Positions 42,105-54,051 of a stretch of 64,000 nt of DNA are shown one piece after another. Every line of letters begins with the position of its first letter. The stretch's first letter is position 1. The notes under the pieces were generated by a model, which worked only from the letters and a program-made list of their open reading frames with translations, searched no databases and was not told the origin of the DNA. The stretch is from a virus: positions 8,502 through 72,501 of the IMG/VR virus record IMGVR_UViG_3300011718_000012, one strand, 5' to 3'. Made by a program: the position numbers and the translations under genes.

Positions 42105-43200
42105 TGTGTAAGTTCACAGAGATATTGCAATTACCTCCGGATAAGTAAGGGGAGATTGCACCATGCAGATGCAGCACCTGATGGTTGGCTATCCTAAGTA
42201 CTACCAAACGGCCGATTATGCGTTGAGGCTTTCAGTGATGGCTGATATAGCGACAATGAGAATGAAGGCTCTGCACTTCTGGGATAAACACGGTATTTCT
42301 GCAGCTTCCGAGGCGTTTGACGTATCCTGTCGCACGCTTTACTGGTGGCGCCAGTTGCTGAACCGCGGCGGGCCTGAAGGGCTTATTCCGCACAGTAAAG
42401 CGCCTCTGGTGCGACGAAAAAAGCACTGGCACCCCGATGTGCTGAAAGAGATTCGACGCCTGCGGACAGAGCTGCCAAACCTCGGTAAAGAGCAGATTTT
42501 TGTTCGCCTGAAGCCCTGGTGCGAACAGCGCCATCTGGTCTGCCCGAGTGTTTCCACCATTGGCAGAATGATCGCTGCCGCACACGATAAAATGCGGATG
42601 ATACCGGTGCGTCTGGGCTCGCGGGGGAAGGCTCTACTTGTCAAAAAACGCTCCGCCAAACCCCGCAGACCAAAGCACTACCGTCCAGTAAAGACCGGTG
42701 AGCTCATTGGGATGGACGCCATTGAGCTCAGGATGGGCGAACTGCGTCGCTATGTCATCACCATGATCGACGAACACAGTGATTACGCACTGGCGCTGGC
42801 TGTGCCATCGCTCAACAGTGATATCGTCAATCACTTCTTCAGCCGTGCAGCCCGGCTGTTCCCTGTCGGAATCAGCCAAATCATCACGGATAACGGGAAA
42901 GAGTTTCTGGGGAGCTTCGACAAAACGCAGCAGGAAGCCGCCATCAAACACCTGTGGACCTATCCCTACACACCAAAAATGAACGCTATCTGTGAACGTT
43001 TTAACCGGACGTTAAGAGAGCAGTTTATTGAATTTAATGAGATTTTGCTCTTTGAGGATCTGGCGTTGTTTAACCAGAAGCTGGCGGAATATCTGGTGCT
43101 TTATAACAGCAAAAGGCCCCATAAGGCGCTCGCACTAATGACGCCCGTGGAATATATTTTAAGAGAGAATAAAAATTGCAATATGTGGTGGACCCATACA
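42105..43200 (+). mobile_element. IS481-family element (transposase from 42163)
   Basis: TGT...ACA ends sharing atattgcaatt. HTH plus rve DDE core (MDAI, TDNGKEF, ERFNRTL, YNSKRPH). No target duplication. Confidence 0.8.
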
Positions 43201-43432
43201 AGCGCTTGCTCCTTTTACGGAGAGACGCTAACCTTTCACTTGCTACGGTAGATCGGTTAGGGCCTCGGGTTAACATAAAGTTGACTCGGGGCCTTTCCAC
43301 ATCCGGCCTTTGGTGAAACCTCCGACCGTCAGTCGAAGGCACCCGTCGCGCAGTTTAACAGAATCCACTGAATCGCCAATAAAAAACCGGCCAACAATGC
43401 CGGTTTTGTCTTTGCTGCAGCTGATGTTTTTC

Positions 43433-43687
43433 TTATATCGGTATTTCAAGTTGACCATCTCCCCGGTGCGATCGCGGGAATGCCGTCAGCGGGATAGGGG
43501 GTAAATTCCTCAGGCTGGCAGGATCGGGTGTGTTGTTGCTGATGATGTGGGTTACTTCCGCCATGGTAACGAAGGTAATACCGCAAAACAAATTATTGCA
43601 CTGGTGATAGGCTCTCTGTGTGGTATCGCTGAGGGATTCACTGGAGCGCGTGCGGGTTGAGGCTTTACATTTTGGACAACGGAACAT
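43433..43687 (-). CDS. ogr: Ogr/Delta-family zinc-finger late activator
   Basis: MFRCPKC...RSS...YHQCNN..CG.TF. Confidence 0.9.
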   Translation of the reverse strand: MFRCPKCKASTRTRSSESLSDTTQRAYHQCNNLFCGITFVTMAEVTHIISNNTPDPASLRNLPPIPLTAFPRSHRGDGQLEIPI

Positions 43688-43745
43688 GGCGGTTTCTTTT
43701 CGTGCGGGCGAAATAGTATAACATTTCATCAGCGAAAGAGTGAAG

Positions 43746-44870
43746 TTACGGGTCCGTTGTGGCTGTCACCGTCCAGTCCGTTAACCTGACTTCCAGGTCA
43801 AGAGCTGTCCGGTAGCCCTGCTGCGTGATGGCGTGTACTGTGCGAACGATGGTCCAGTCATTCTCATCAATCACGCTTTTAAAGCCCTGCATCCGGGCGT
43901 GCAGCTCCGGGTAAAGCTCCGGCTGGCCTCTTGCCAGCGTCAGGTTAAACTCTGCGGCACCGCGTTTTAGCTGCTGCCATTTCGCGACGGCAGCGCGTCG
44001 CGCTCCCCGTTCTGTGGCGTAGGTGTAGCGCATGACATAAACGTTACCTTCCGCGCCGTCCAGGTAATGCCCCTCTTTGCTGCTGCTGCCTTTCCGGCGT
44101 CGCCCGGTGACGCGGGTCTTGCGCTTTTCACCAAACCCCAAATCCAGCCAGTACGCCTCAACGCCTGTGTAGGCATCGCGATCGGCAACCCGGAAAAAGT
44201 GGCTGTCTCCGCTCCTGCGCGTGATGGTGATGGAGGGTAATACCTTGCCGCCGGGTGTTCTCCCTGTGCCAGGGGTAAAAAACAGCAGATAACCGTTCTT
44301 GATGGTGGTCGCCGCGCCCAGCATATCCGCTATGCGGATTAAAAAGCTGATATCGGATTCTTTTGTCTGGTCGCCGTGGTCAAGCTCCAGTGAAGCCAGT
44401 TCGGTACTGATGGCGGGTATCAGTTTGTAGCGACCGGCGATCGCACGGACGACATAGCTCACCGTGCAGTTATGCCAGCTGTAGTCCCGCTTGACGTTGA
44501 AATCTGCCAGAAAGTCCGCGCTTCTGGCGCTGATGGTCAGGGTGTCCGGCGGGCCGTGGAGGGTGATTTCATCCACGATAAACGTACCCTTTTTCACCAG
44601 GGGCTTTCCCTTCCAGCCAATGGCGACATCTATTGGCGTTCCGCGCGTGGGGGGGGGCAGTGCGCCGTCTGTGTCTTCCAGCTCTACCTCTATCGTATCG
44701 GCGGTAAACCCTCTGTTTTCCGTCACCGTCAGCCTGATCAACCTGTCGTTGACGGGCATGATGGTCTTCCCCCCGATTTGTATATCAAACCCCGGCTGCG
44801 GGCTGAATGACGACAGGAAGTCGTCCATCTGTTTCGCGTTCTGTTTCATGTCATTCACAAAATCGGTCAT
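43746..44870 (-). CDS. D: P2 gpD-like late control/baseplate hub protein
   Basis: NRGF.AD, GPPDTLTISARSADF, DQTKESD.SF..R, WQQLKRG.AEF. Confidence 0.9.
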   Translation of the reverse strand: MTDFVNDMKQNAKQMDDFLSSFSPQPGFDIQIGGKTIMPVNDRLIRLTVTENRGFTADTIEVELEDTDGALPPPTRGTPIDVAIGWKGKPLVKKGTFIVDEITLHGPPDTLTISARSADFLADFNVKRDYSWHNCTVSYVVRAIAGRYKLIPAISTELASLELDHGDQTKESDISFLIRIADMLGAATTIKNGYLLFFTPGTGRTPGGKVLPSITITRRSGDSHFFRVADRDAYTGVEAYWLDLGFGEKRKTRVTGRRRKGSSSKEGHYLDGAEGNVYVMRYTYATERGARRAAVAKWQQLKRGAAEFNLTLARGQPELYPELHARMQGFKSVIDENDWTIVRTVHAITQQGYRTALDLEVRLTDWTVTATTDP

Positions 44871-44945
44871 TCAGTTGGTCCGGTTGCGGGTTCTGGAATG
44901 TGGGTATCTTTCCTGCGGGCGCGCGCGACTGCAATGATGGGGTTT

Positions 44946-44963
44946 TGTCGCGGCTCTGTGACA
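44946..44963 (+). promoter_or_regulatory. Ogr-binding site of the P2-type late promoter for FI
   Basis: TGT-CGCGGCTCTGTG-ACA matches TGT-N12-ACA, upstream of the sheath gene. Confidence 0.65.
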
Positions 44964-45027
44964 AATGGCAGAGCATGAAATCGCCCGGGTTAACAAGCAG
45001 TATATGGGCAGAACTTCAGGAGGCACG

Positions 45028-46221
45028 ATGGCTACTTATCATCACGGCACGCGTGTTACCGAGACAACGGATCTCGGTGACGCGATTAACGATATTGACT
45101 CTTCCGTTATTGGGGTGGTCTGCACGGCAGACGACGCGGACGCAGACGCGTTTCCGCTGAACAGGCCGGTGCTCGTTACCCGTGTGCTGTCTATGCTGAA
45201 CAAGGCTGGTACTACCGGCACGCTGAAAACAGTACTGACTGCCATTGGCAACCAGTGCAGCCCTAAGGTTGTGGTTGTTCGTGTGGCGGATGCAGCAAAT
45301 CAGCAGCCTGCCCAAAGCGACGAAGACCCGCCGACACAGGATTCACTGGTGATTGGCGGGCAGGGCGACGACGGCCAGTTTACCGGGCTGTATGCACTGC
45401 TGACCGCAGAGGCTCGCGTTGATGTTAAACCCCGTATTATCGGTGCGCCGGGTCTGGATTCACTGAACGTGGCGACAGAGCTTGGGGTGATCGCGAAGAA
45501 GCTGCGTGCGTTTACCTATGTTGGTGCGCCTGGCTGCAACACCAAAGAAGATGCGAAGGCATATCGCCAAAAACTCTCCGGGCGTGAAACCATGGTTATC
45601 TGGCCGGACTGGGAAGCGTACGACAGTGCGACCGGCGAAACCGGTGTTGTTCCGGCACCTGCCGTTGCGTTGGGTCCGAGGGCGTTAATCGATCAACAGG
45701 TTGGCTGGCATAAATCGCTGTCTAACGTTGAAGTCAGTGGCGTTACGGGCATTACCCATGATGTGTACTACTCCCTCCAGGACACCGACAGCGATACGGA
45801 CGATCTCAACCAGGCGTGTGTTACGACACTTATCAAGCGTAACGGGTTCCGGTTCTGGGGTGACCGCACCTGCGACGAAGAAACCTATATATTTGAGGTT
45901 TATACGCGTACTGCGCAGATTCTGGCGGACGAGGTGGCTGAGTCCCATGCAGGATATGTGGATGATCCCCTTACTCCTTCACTCTCTCATGACATTGTTG
46001 ATGGTGTTGGCCGGAAACTCTCTTCGCTCACCACGAAAGGGCAGTTGCTGGGCGGTAAAGCGTGGCTTGAGGTTGCAGATAACGACAAGGAATCTGTGCG
46101 TGGCGGTAAGCTGACCGTCAAATATAACTACACGCCGGTGCAGCCGCTTGAAGATCTGGAGTTTATCCAGGACTTCACGGATGACTATTTCAGCGTACTT
46201 ACAGCGCCTGCGGGCAATTAA
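45028..46221 (+). CDS. FI: P2 FI-like tail sheath
   Basis: YHHG start after AGGAGG, KPRIIGAPG, GWHKSLSN, GFRFWG.RT. Confidence 0.92.
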   Translation: MATYHHGTRVTETTDLGDAINDIDSSVIGVVCTADDADADAFPLNRPVLVTRVLSMLNKAGTTGTLKTVLTAIGNQCSPKVVVVRVADAANQQPAQSDEDPPTQDSLVIGGQGDDGQFTGLYALLTAEARVDVKPRIIGAPGLDSLNVATELGVIAKKLRAFTYVGAPGCNTKEDAKAYRQKLSGRETMVIWPDWEAYDSATGETGVVPAPAVALGPRALIDQQVGWHKSLSNVEVSGVTGITHDVYYSLQDTDSDTDDLNQACVTTLIKRNGFRFWGDRTCDEETYIFEVYTRTAQILADEVAESHAGYVDDPLTPSLSHDIVDGVGRKLSSLTTKGQLLGGKAWLEVADNDKESVRGGKLTVKYNYTPVQPLEDLEFIQDFTDDYFSVLTAPAGN

Positions 46222-46235
46222 GAGGTATAGCGGCA

Positions 46236-46751
46236 ATGGCATTACCGGCAAAACTCAAAAATTTTAACATCTACGTTGATGGCGGCTCCATGGTTGGGGT
46301 TGCTCAGGAGATGACCCTGCCAAAACTGACGCAGAAACTGATCGCCTATCGCGGCGGCGGCATGATGGCGTCGGTCAACGTCGAGCTTGGTTTTGATGAC
46401 GGCGCGCTGGATATGGATATGTCCGTCGGTGGTCTGGTGGTTAACCTGCTCAAAAAGATGGGAACCATGACGGCTGATGGGATGCAGCTTCGCTTTGTTG
46501 GGGCGTACCAGGACGACAGTACGGCGGTATACAAGACCTGTACTATCCAGACGCGTGGCCGGTTTACGGAGGTGGACTGGGGTACCGCGAAGGTTGGCGA
46601 GGACACTACTCACAAATACACCCTCAAAAACACCTACGTCAAAATTACCGTTGACGGTGAGGTTGTGCTGGAAGTTGACGCGCTCAACATGATCTGGGTG
46701 GTTGGTGGTGAAGACAAAATGGCTGCCCTGCGTAAAGCGATGGGTATGTAA
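46236..46751 (+). CDS. FII: P2 FII-like tail tube
   Basis: MALP.KLK.FN, LPKLT, YRGGGM. Confidence 0.92.
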   Translation: MALPAKLKNFNIYVDGGSMVGVAQEMTLPKLTQKLIAYRGGGMMASVNVELGFDDGALDMDMSVGGLVVNLLKKMGTMTADGMQLRFVGAYQDDSTAVYKTCTIQTRGRFTEVDWGTAKVGEDTTHKYTLKNTYVKITVDGEVVLEVDALNMIWVVGGEDKMAALRKAMGM

Positions 46752-46766
46752 CGGAGAGCGTAAACA

Positions 46767-47303
46767 ATGAGCAAAGTAGAGCAGAACTTAGCGGCAGAGA
46801 GTGCGGGTGTTGGCGAGCAGGGGGGGGCGGTGATTTCCTCCGGGGCTGCGGTTACCACCGATCGGGATGATTCCACGATTACCCTTGGGGTGCCGGTGAG
46901 GCGCGGTGAAGGGGTTATTACTTCTGTGCGCATTACGGACGCTGTGCGTCAGCCGCGGCCTGAAGCTGTACGACGTAATGCAAAGTGACGTGGACAGCCT
47001 GATTAAAATGATCCCGCGCGTGACCGAGCCTGCGCTTATGGAGCATGAAATCCTGACGATGGACAACCGGGATTTTGTTGCGCTGGCAACGGGGATTGTG
47101 AGTTTTTTAGTTCCGAACTAGGGATGACGGATGATGGCAACATGGAAGTGCCATTCGTTCGGATTGAGGATGTGATACACGATATCGCTTTTATTTTTCA
47201 CTGGCCGCGCTCCAAACTGTGGGTGATGCCTCTCCGTGAGCTGCTTGATTCCTGGCGGGATGCGGTCAGGAGGTTTATGGCCGCCTATGCAGCAGACTCT
47301 TAG
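46767..47303 (+). pseudogene. E: gpE/E' tail assembly chaperone, E frameshifted at about 46955
   Basis: RGLKL..V...DVD...PRVT.P.L lies in a shifted frame. T6 slippery run at 47103-47108, and the -1 frame encodes DIAFIFHWP...EL. Confidence 0.75.
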
Positions 47304-50052
47304 TATCAATGTGGCGTTCGGCGCCATCGACAAACTTACCCGGCCCCTGGATGCCGCAAGAGCGGCAAGTAAGGGGCTGGGTACATCCGTAAATGCCACC
47401 CGTCAGCAGATCCAGTCACTGGACAAGCAAACCCGTCAGTTCGAAAAATCCAGCCAGATCATCGCCAAAAAAACAACGGAGATGAACAAGCTTATCGCGA
47501 AGCGTGATGAACTCCGAAAGCAGGAGTTGGTCAGCGAGGAGCAGAAAGCGCAGATTGAAGAGTTTGGCAGAAAGATAGGCAAACTCAATCGCCAGATCAA
47601 AGCGGAAGATGCGGGGCTTCAGAAAACCAGGGATGGTTTTAAGCGCTTCGGCCTGGCAATGGAGGCGGGCGGAAGCGTAACCGGCAGGATCATCCAGAAA
47701 ACCCGTGAATACATCGTTCAGCTGCGCCAGCAGGAGGCGCAGCTGCTGCGCGTCACGAAGGCGCAGAAGTCATACGACAAGGCCAAAAAACTCGCGCAGC
47801 GGATACGTAGCGGCGGTGCCAAAGCGGCGGCGCTGGGTGGGGTTGCATTATGGGGCGGGATGCGCCTCATGCAGCCGGGCATAGAGTTTGACCAGGCATT
47901 TTCCCGGACGCTTGCTAACGCACAGCTTCAGCGCAACAGTATCGAGGCGTAAGCGCTGCGTGAGCAGGCGATGCAGCTTGCGCGCACCACGCTTCAGGCA
48001 ACGCAGGGGCAGTACGCCCTTATTTCCGGCGGCATGTCCTCACAGAATGCCCGCACGGCCTTGCCCTCTATTCTGAATATGGCGCTGGCTGCACATGCCG
48101 ATCTCGGTGATGCGGCGAACGTTGGCTCTAATATCCTCGATCACTTCCAGTTGTAGGCTGACCAGGCAACCCGCGTAGCTGACGTGATGGTGGGTACCTT
48201 CACCCGCTCCAAAACCAGTCTGTCCTCCCTTAACGAAACCATGGAATACGTGGGTACCGTCGCCAGCAACGCAGGGATGAGTCTTGAGCAGACCGCCGCA
48301 GCGGCGGCGACGCTTGCCAAAAACGGGCTGACCGGCTCGATTGCCGGTACCGGGCTGAAGGACACCATCAAGGGGCTGTATGCTCCAGCGGCGGCAGGGA
48401 AGAAGGTGCTTGACGAGCTAAAGATAAAAACCATTACCGCGACCGGCGCAGTTCGCCCTCTGGCTGATGTTATGGGTGAGCTGTGGGATAAAACGCGGAA
48501 GTTTGACCAGGGTTCTCAGTTTGCGATTTTCAAGTAGCTGTCTGGTACTGAGGGGATAACGGCTGCTCAGGTACTGACTCGCTCGTCGGCAGAGGGGAAC
48601 CTGCAGGCGTTTCAAAAATACCTTGGAACGGTCAAGGGGCTGGCCGCCAAAACCTCCAGGGAGATGACCGACAACTACGCAGGTGATATGCAGATGCTGC
48701 ATTCTGCGTGGGATGGTCTGTGGACTAACATGGAGTCCGGCTCTGACTCCCCAATGAGAAAGATTGTTCAACGCATCACCATCATCATTCAGGCTGTCGC
48801 GGACTGGACGGCCAGTCATCCGGCTTTAACCTCTGCCATTATGGATGCGTCGCTTGCTGTCGGCGCTTTGGCTGTTGTATTGGGCACGCTGGCGACTGCG
48901 TTCGGTGCAGTCAGAGGGGTTGTTGCTGGCGGAAAATTTGCCTTGTCTCTCGCGGGTATTGGTGCTGCGGCAGATACCGCAGCGGGCGGGATTCCGGCGG
49001 CGGGTGAGGCTGCTGCGGAAGTTGCTGCGGCTGGCGGGGTTGCTGAAGTTGCTGTTGAAGGTCTGGCTGCGACGATAGGATTGCTGACCTGGCCGGTGGT
49101 TGCTTTGGTTGCTCTCTTTGCAGCGGCAGCCATTGCCATTATTCACTGGTGGGAGCCTGTCAGGGCGTTTTCAGTAGTTTATTTAAGGGAATTATGGATG
49201 AGGCAGCACCATTTATAGAGTCGCTCAAACGTGAATGGTCTGACTTTGGCGCTATTTTCTCCTGGTTATGGGGAAAGATAAAAAGTCTTCTTACTCCAGT
49301 GCATGAGACTGAGGCTGCGCTGGATAAATGCGGCAGTGCAGGGGAGCGCTTTGGCAGGGCGCTTGGCTGGGGAATCAATAAAGCTCTGACACCTCTCAGG
49401 ATGCTGATTGATGGGCTGGATTGGGTGCTACGAAAAGCAGGCATTGTCCCTGATGTGGTGCAGTATGCTCAGGACCGTGCTGATGCACTACGTAGAAACC
49501 TACCCCCACCTAAGAAACCGATGGTGGCCGTGTGGGATCCTGCCACTAAAAAAATGACGTTAAAGCCATGGGACTGGAGTGCTGAATCGGACAAGCCCTC
49601 GCTTACGGCACCAGATAATCCGCTACCTAAACCACCATTAAAGGCGGAGTTCAGCACAGCGCTCTGGGACGGCGTGAGCAAGAACAGCAAGAGGAAAAAG
49701 AAGAAACGCGGAGAGGGTGGGTATCTCCCGGATGCTAATGTCGGTCACCCCGGTGCGATACTCTTTAAAACGTTGCCGCCCTGGCTTGCCCTGAAGAACG
49801 GCTTCAGCCAGCCGACGCTCTCACCCGGTCATGGTGGCATTCTGGCGCCACCCGGTCGCCCGCCATGCAGGAGAAGAAAAAACCGGATATCGGTACCAAT
49901 GTGGCCGGTGATATCAATCTGCATATTCACATCGACGGGCCAGCATGGACCGGCACGCGCTGGTGAATGATATAGAACGACAGGTGATGGCGGCGCTTAA
50001 CAAAATCAAGCGGCAGGATCTTGCCAGCCTGAAAGACAGGGATCAATCATAA
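47287..50052 (+). pseudogene. T: Tail tape measure protein, multiply disrupted
   Basis: AIDKLTRP start and TP901-type core (GS.AGTGL, DN..GD...L.SAW). Stops at 47950, 48154 and 48535, and later frameshifts. Confidence 0.88.
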
Positions 50053-50501
50053 TGATGATACTGGGTGTATTTATCTTTGAACTGCAGACTGCCCCCTACC
50101 AGCAGCTGAGCAGGAAAAACACCTGGCGGCACAGCAAGGCTGACCGGGTGGGTGGTTCGACACGGTACCAGTATATAGGCCCGGGCGAAGAGAATATTAC
50201 GCTGAATGGTGTGCTGTATCCTGAGATTACAGGCGGTGACGTGTCACTGCTGGCGCTGCGGGCGATGGGTTACAGCGGCAAGGCGTGGCCGCTGATTGAG
50301 GGCACGGGAATGCTCTTCGGGATGTACGTCATTACCGGGTTGAAGCAAACGCGAGAGGTGTTTTTCCGGGATGGAAAGGCGGCGCGGATTGAGTTCACGC
50401 TTTCTCTGAAAAAGGTGAGTGAATCCTTGCTGGAAGGCAGCGGCGATTACGCCGTCCGCAGTGGACAAATGCTGTCCGATATGACCGGAGGGCTGCTCTG
50501 A
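50052..50501 (+). CDS. U: P2 gpU-like tail protein
   Basis: MMILG.F.FEL.T.PYQ, QY.G.GEE.ITL.G.LYPEITGG. Confidence 0.9.
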   Translation: MMILGVFIFELQTAPYQQLSRKNTWRHSKADRVGGSTRYQYIGPGEENITLNGVLYPEITGGDVSLLALRAMGYSGKAWPLIEGTGMLFGMYVITGLKQTREVFFRDGKAARIEFTLSLKKVSESLLEGSGDYAVRSGQMLSDMTGGLL

Positions 50502-51156
50502 TTGCCTGCGACTCTGGAGGGGGTTATAGTCAGTGCTGGACTTATCGCGCGAATGCGTTACCTGAAGTTGTGCCGGGAAAGTCAGTCTGAAACGTAGAGA
50601 ACATATTAAGAAATTCTTAAGCATTATAAGTTTACACTCAGCCAGACCGCACTCATTTAACAAAAAGACTTTCATCGCTGCCATTAACCGGGATACGCGG
50701 CCTCAAATGGTCAAAAATCCCTTTGAGTTAAAAATTTTTGTGACAGCCGTTCCATAATATACATATCCCTGTAGTCATTCTGTCTCTGCCGTTGCCTGAA
50801 TAAATTCAGACCACAGCTGGTTGTGCTATTTTTCAAAAGGTAAATATATGGAGCCGATTGGCCGCCTTTTCAACGCATTGCAATTCCAGCGTTATTGCAG
50901 TGAGAAAAAGAGAAGAAGAAAGCGCTGTTGCTGCGTAATTATTTCTCATGGCCTATCGATCGTCCTTGTCCCCTGGATTACGTGGGCATGAAATGGTTAA
51001 GTACAGCAACAGTCAGGCTACCTCTGAAACATTTGTTTTTTCGGAGATATGAGGGATTTCAGTGATTGGTTTAATTGGCGGATGCATATGGATATATAAG
51101 TAGTATCCATATGCAATAATAGTTTTTATTTAAACGAAAAAGAAATTAACCTAGAG

Positions 51157-52095
51157 GTGTGTATTATGAAGGATTTTAAACAATGGGACCCACACCATGA
51201 TCAGACTTTTGATCTGGATGAACCTAAAACATTACACGGCTCAGGTAATGACTTTACTAAAGATGAAAATAAAAAGTTTACTTTAGATACTAATGAATAT
51301 TTGGCCTTGCAAGGTCCGGTTACCACCTGGTGGAAGGGGGAGTTTCATCTGATTAAAGGTAGCTTTCAGGTAGGGACGAGTACTGAATTACTTAAGTCCA
51401 TCGAATTTGTTGCAGAAAGAAAATATTCACAATCCACTGCGTCACTATTTAGATCCAGAGCTGATTTTAAATTATATACTCGCGCTATGTTCTTTGAACG
51501 TGATCAGCAAGATGATGTTCCGGGAATGACGCTAATGGATAATAGTACCAGTAGCTTTAATTGTCTTAGTGATGACGCTCCTGCTACAATGGGGGGGTTA
51601 ACCTTGAATATGGAAGATAAAGCCCAAGCTGAATTTAATTGTAACTCGATAGAGTTAACGGGGCGCTATGGCGGCGGTAGAGTGGTTGTAATTAATGATG
51701 CCTGCTTGTCTGTGAATGTTAAAAATATTGTGACCGACCCGGGCTATAATTTCTGCTTTTCTTTAGGTGGCTATAAGAACGAAGACCATAACGGTGATGT
51801 CATTAGCAGCACTATAACAATCTCACCATTAAATGCAGGGGGTAATTTCCCGCTTTTATTTATAAACAATAGCCCTAAAATATCTTTTAATTTTGACAGT
51901 AATGTTTCAACAGTAAATAAAGGTCGGTTTGTGTTTAACGGGCTTACTGGTTTGAATCAAAGCGCTTTTATTGGTGGTGGCTATTTAACAATTGATGGCG
52001 TGCCGATTACCGCAGATCAAGTGAACAAGGCTTTTAACTTTCAGCCTATTATATCTAATGGAAAAGAAACAGGTATAACAGTTAAATTAAAATAA
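51157..52095 (+). CDS. AT-rich orphan cargo protein (about 310 aa, beta-rich)
   Basis: Long ORF with AGAGGT RBS (ATG 51166 is the likely start). No family recognised. Confidence 0.7.
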   Translation: MCIMKDFKQWDPHHDQTFDLDEPKTLHGSGNDFTKDENKKFTLDTNEYLALQGPVTTWWKGEFHLIKGSFQVGTSTELLKSIEFVAERKYSQSTASLFRSRADFKLYTRAMFFERDQQDDVPGMTLMDNSTSSFNCLSDDAPATMGGLTLNMEDKAQAEFNCNSIELTGRYGGGRVVVINDACLSVNVKNIVTDPGYNFCFSLGGYKNEDHNGDVISSTITISPLNAGGNFPLLFINNSPKISFNFDSNVSTVNKGRFVFNGLTGLNQSAFIGGGYLTIDGVPITADQVNKAFNFQPIISNGKETGITVKLK

Positions 52096-53043
52096 ACTTT
52101 ATTATCCACTCGTCTCTGGCGAATGAGTCTCTGTTGTTTTGGCGTTGTTTCACGAATGTGTCAACGCCCGTGTTTCACTAAATAGCTGCGCGTAATAGTA
52201 GGACGCACTACATTGCCATTTTCAATGGTGGCGTTTTCCCTGCCTGTTTCTGCTGTCACCGCATCTGTCGGGTTAACGCCATCGCCATTTTTCTCGCCCA
52301 AAGACGCTCCCGTTATGAGTATCTGTAACGTCTGTCTTCCTCCGTCTTCAGACACGGCGCAGCACCTGCGGGATGCTGGGGTTGTGCCAGATACAATGGC
52401 GGTGCTTTTGAACTTCCACTCTTCCCGAAGAGTCACTCCTCCTCAAAATGCACCGCCACCATTCACTCCGGCTTTCCCGGCCAGACGACAGCTGACTCCA
52501 CTTGCGGCTCAGTTCTATACACCAGTACGCTGTACTTCTACCAGGCTTCCAGGTCTGCCTCATCTTCCGCTGTGGATGGAGAGGCGGTTGCACCATGCCG
52601 CACCTTACTATTTATTGCTCCAGGTCACAGTTCGGTAACAGCAAAGTAGCGGTGAAAACATGCCGTTATGACAGTGTTACAGCAGGCATGCTACGTATAA
52701 TCAGCCTTTTCATGTAAAAGACGGCATTTCTTAACTTCGGGTGATTTTATGAGTAATTTCAATGCACTAGTGTTTAATAAATTAAGCGTAAATATCAATC
52801 CTGATAAACATGCAGGCTTAGCAGAGTTTTACCTCTGCGTGAAGAAAACATAAAAGACAAGTGAGGATAAACTTTCAGGGGGCGTTGATGGGTTGCTGTA
52901 AGTCCTGGTGAATACAACAGTGAAAGCCCGGGATTAATGACCCGGATGGAGATGCATATGCTGTGGAGTTAGCTCGCGGTCATAAAATTAGAACATAGAT
53001 TTAAACGGTGTTTACTTAAAAAATTAAATAATAGAGGTGACAT

Positions 53044-53898
53044 ATGAATATTTACATCAATAAATCCTTGTTGATTTCATTAGTATCTGCAATGGCTCTC
53101 GTTACTTGTTCTGCTTTTGCAAAAGGCCAATATGCCGCCATGGGGGATTCTTTTTCTTCAGGCACTGGTACTCTCAATGATTACGGTGAAAATAATAATT
53201 GCTTACGTACGAATTTAGCTTACCCTGTGCTTTTGTCTGAAAAAATAAATGCCGAGCTAACGAATTTAACATGCAGCGGTGCGACAATTAAAGATTTGGA
53301 AGAGAAACAAATCTCGGAATTAAAAAACAACCCCAACATTAAGAATGTTAAGTTAGTGACACTAACAATAGGGGGTGATGATTTAAATTTCACGCCTGTT
53401 GTAACCACATGTGTAGTAGCGGAACTCTTTGATAACCCTTCGAAGTTATGTACTGACAAACTAAATTCAATGATTGAAACCGCCTCCGATGAAAAATTCA
53501 AAAACAGGCTTTCTACCGCTTATGAGAAAATATTAAAAATTGTTGACCCTTCAACCAAGGTATATGTTTTGAACTATCCACGACTTTTCACTTTGCCGAG
53601 AGCTCAGGGTTATGCCATAAGTGATGAATCACGATTACTCGCTAACAAAGTGGTAGATACATTAAGTGATACTATTGAGGGAGCTGTCAACCAACTGCAT
53701 AATGAAAACTTAATCTTTGTCGATGTGCGTGATAAATTTGAAGGTAATGGGGTGACCGGAGATACAGGAAAAGATAAGGACTGGATTTACTTCCTTAACT
53801 CCAGCAACTTGAAAAACACACTTCACCCTAAAGCAGAGGGGCAAGAAAAAGGTTACTTAGTTGCCATAAGAGAGGCTCTTAAAAAAAATGGTGCGTAA
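53044..53898 (+). CDS. Secreted SGNH/GDSL hydrolase (SEST-like)
   Basis: Signal peptide, block I GDSFSSG, CSGAT, TIGGDD, HP...G. Confidence 0.85.
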   Translation: MNIYINKSLLISLVSAMALVTCSAFAKGQYAAMGDSFSSGTGTLNDYGENNNCLRTNLAYPVLLSEKINAELTNLTCSGATIKDLEEKQISELKNNPNIKNVKLVTLTIGGDDLNFTPVVTTCVVAELFDNPSKLCTDKLNSMIETASDEKFKNRLSTAYEKILKIVDPSTKVYVLNYPRLFTLPRAQGYAISDESRLLANKVVDTLSDTIEGAVNQLHNENLIFVDVRDKFEGNGVTGDTGKDKDWIYFLNSSNLKNTLHPKAEGQEKGYLVAIREALKKNGA

Positions 53899-54051
53899 TG
53901 CGGTTCGTTATGAATATCCCCAGCGTCCGGGTTTACAAGTCTGTTTATCCGGGCACGGCGGGCATTTTCGGATGCTGCGCCACATCCCCGAACTAAAACA
54001 TTGATTCGTTTACGGCGCACCTGTATATCCCTTCTTGTTGCGCCGCTCTTT

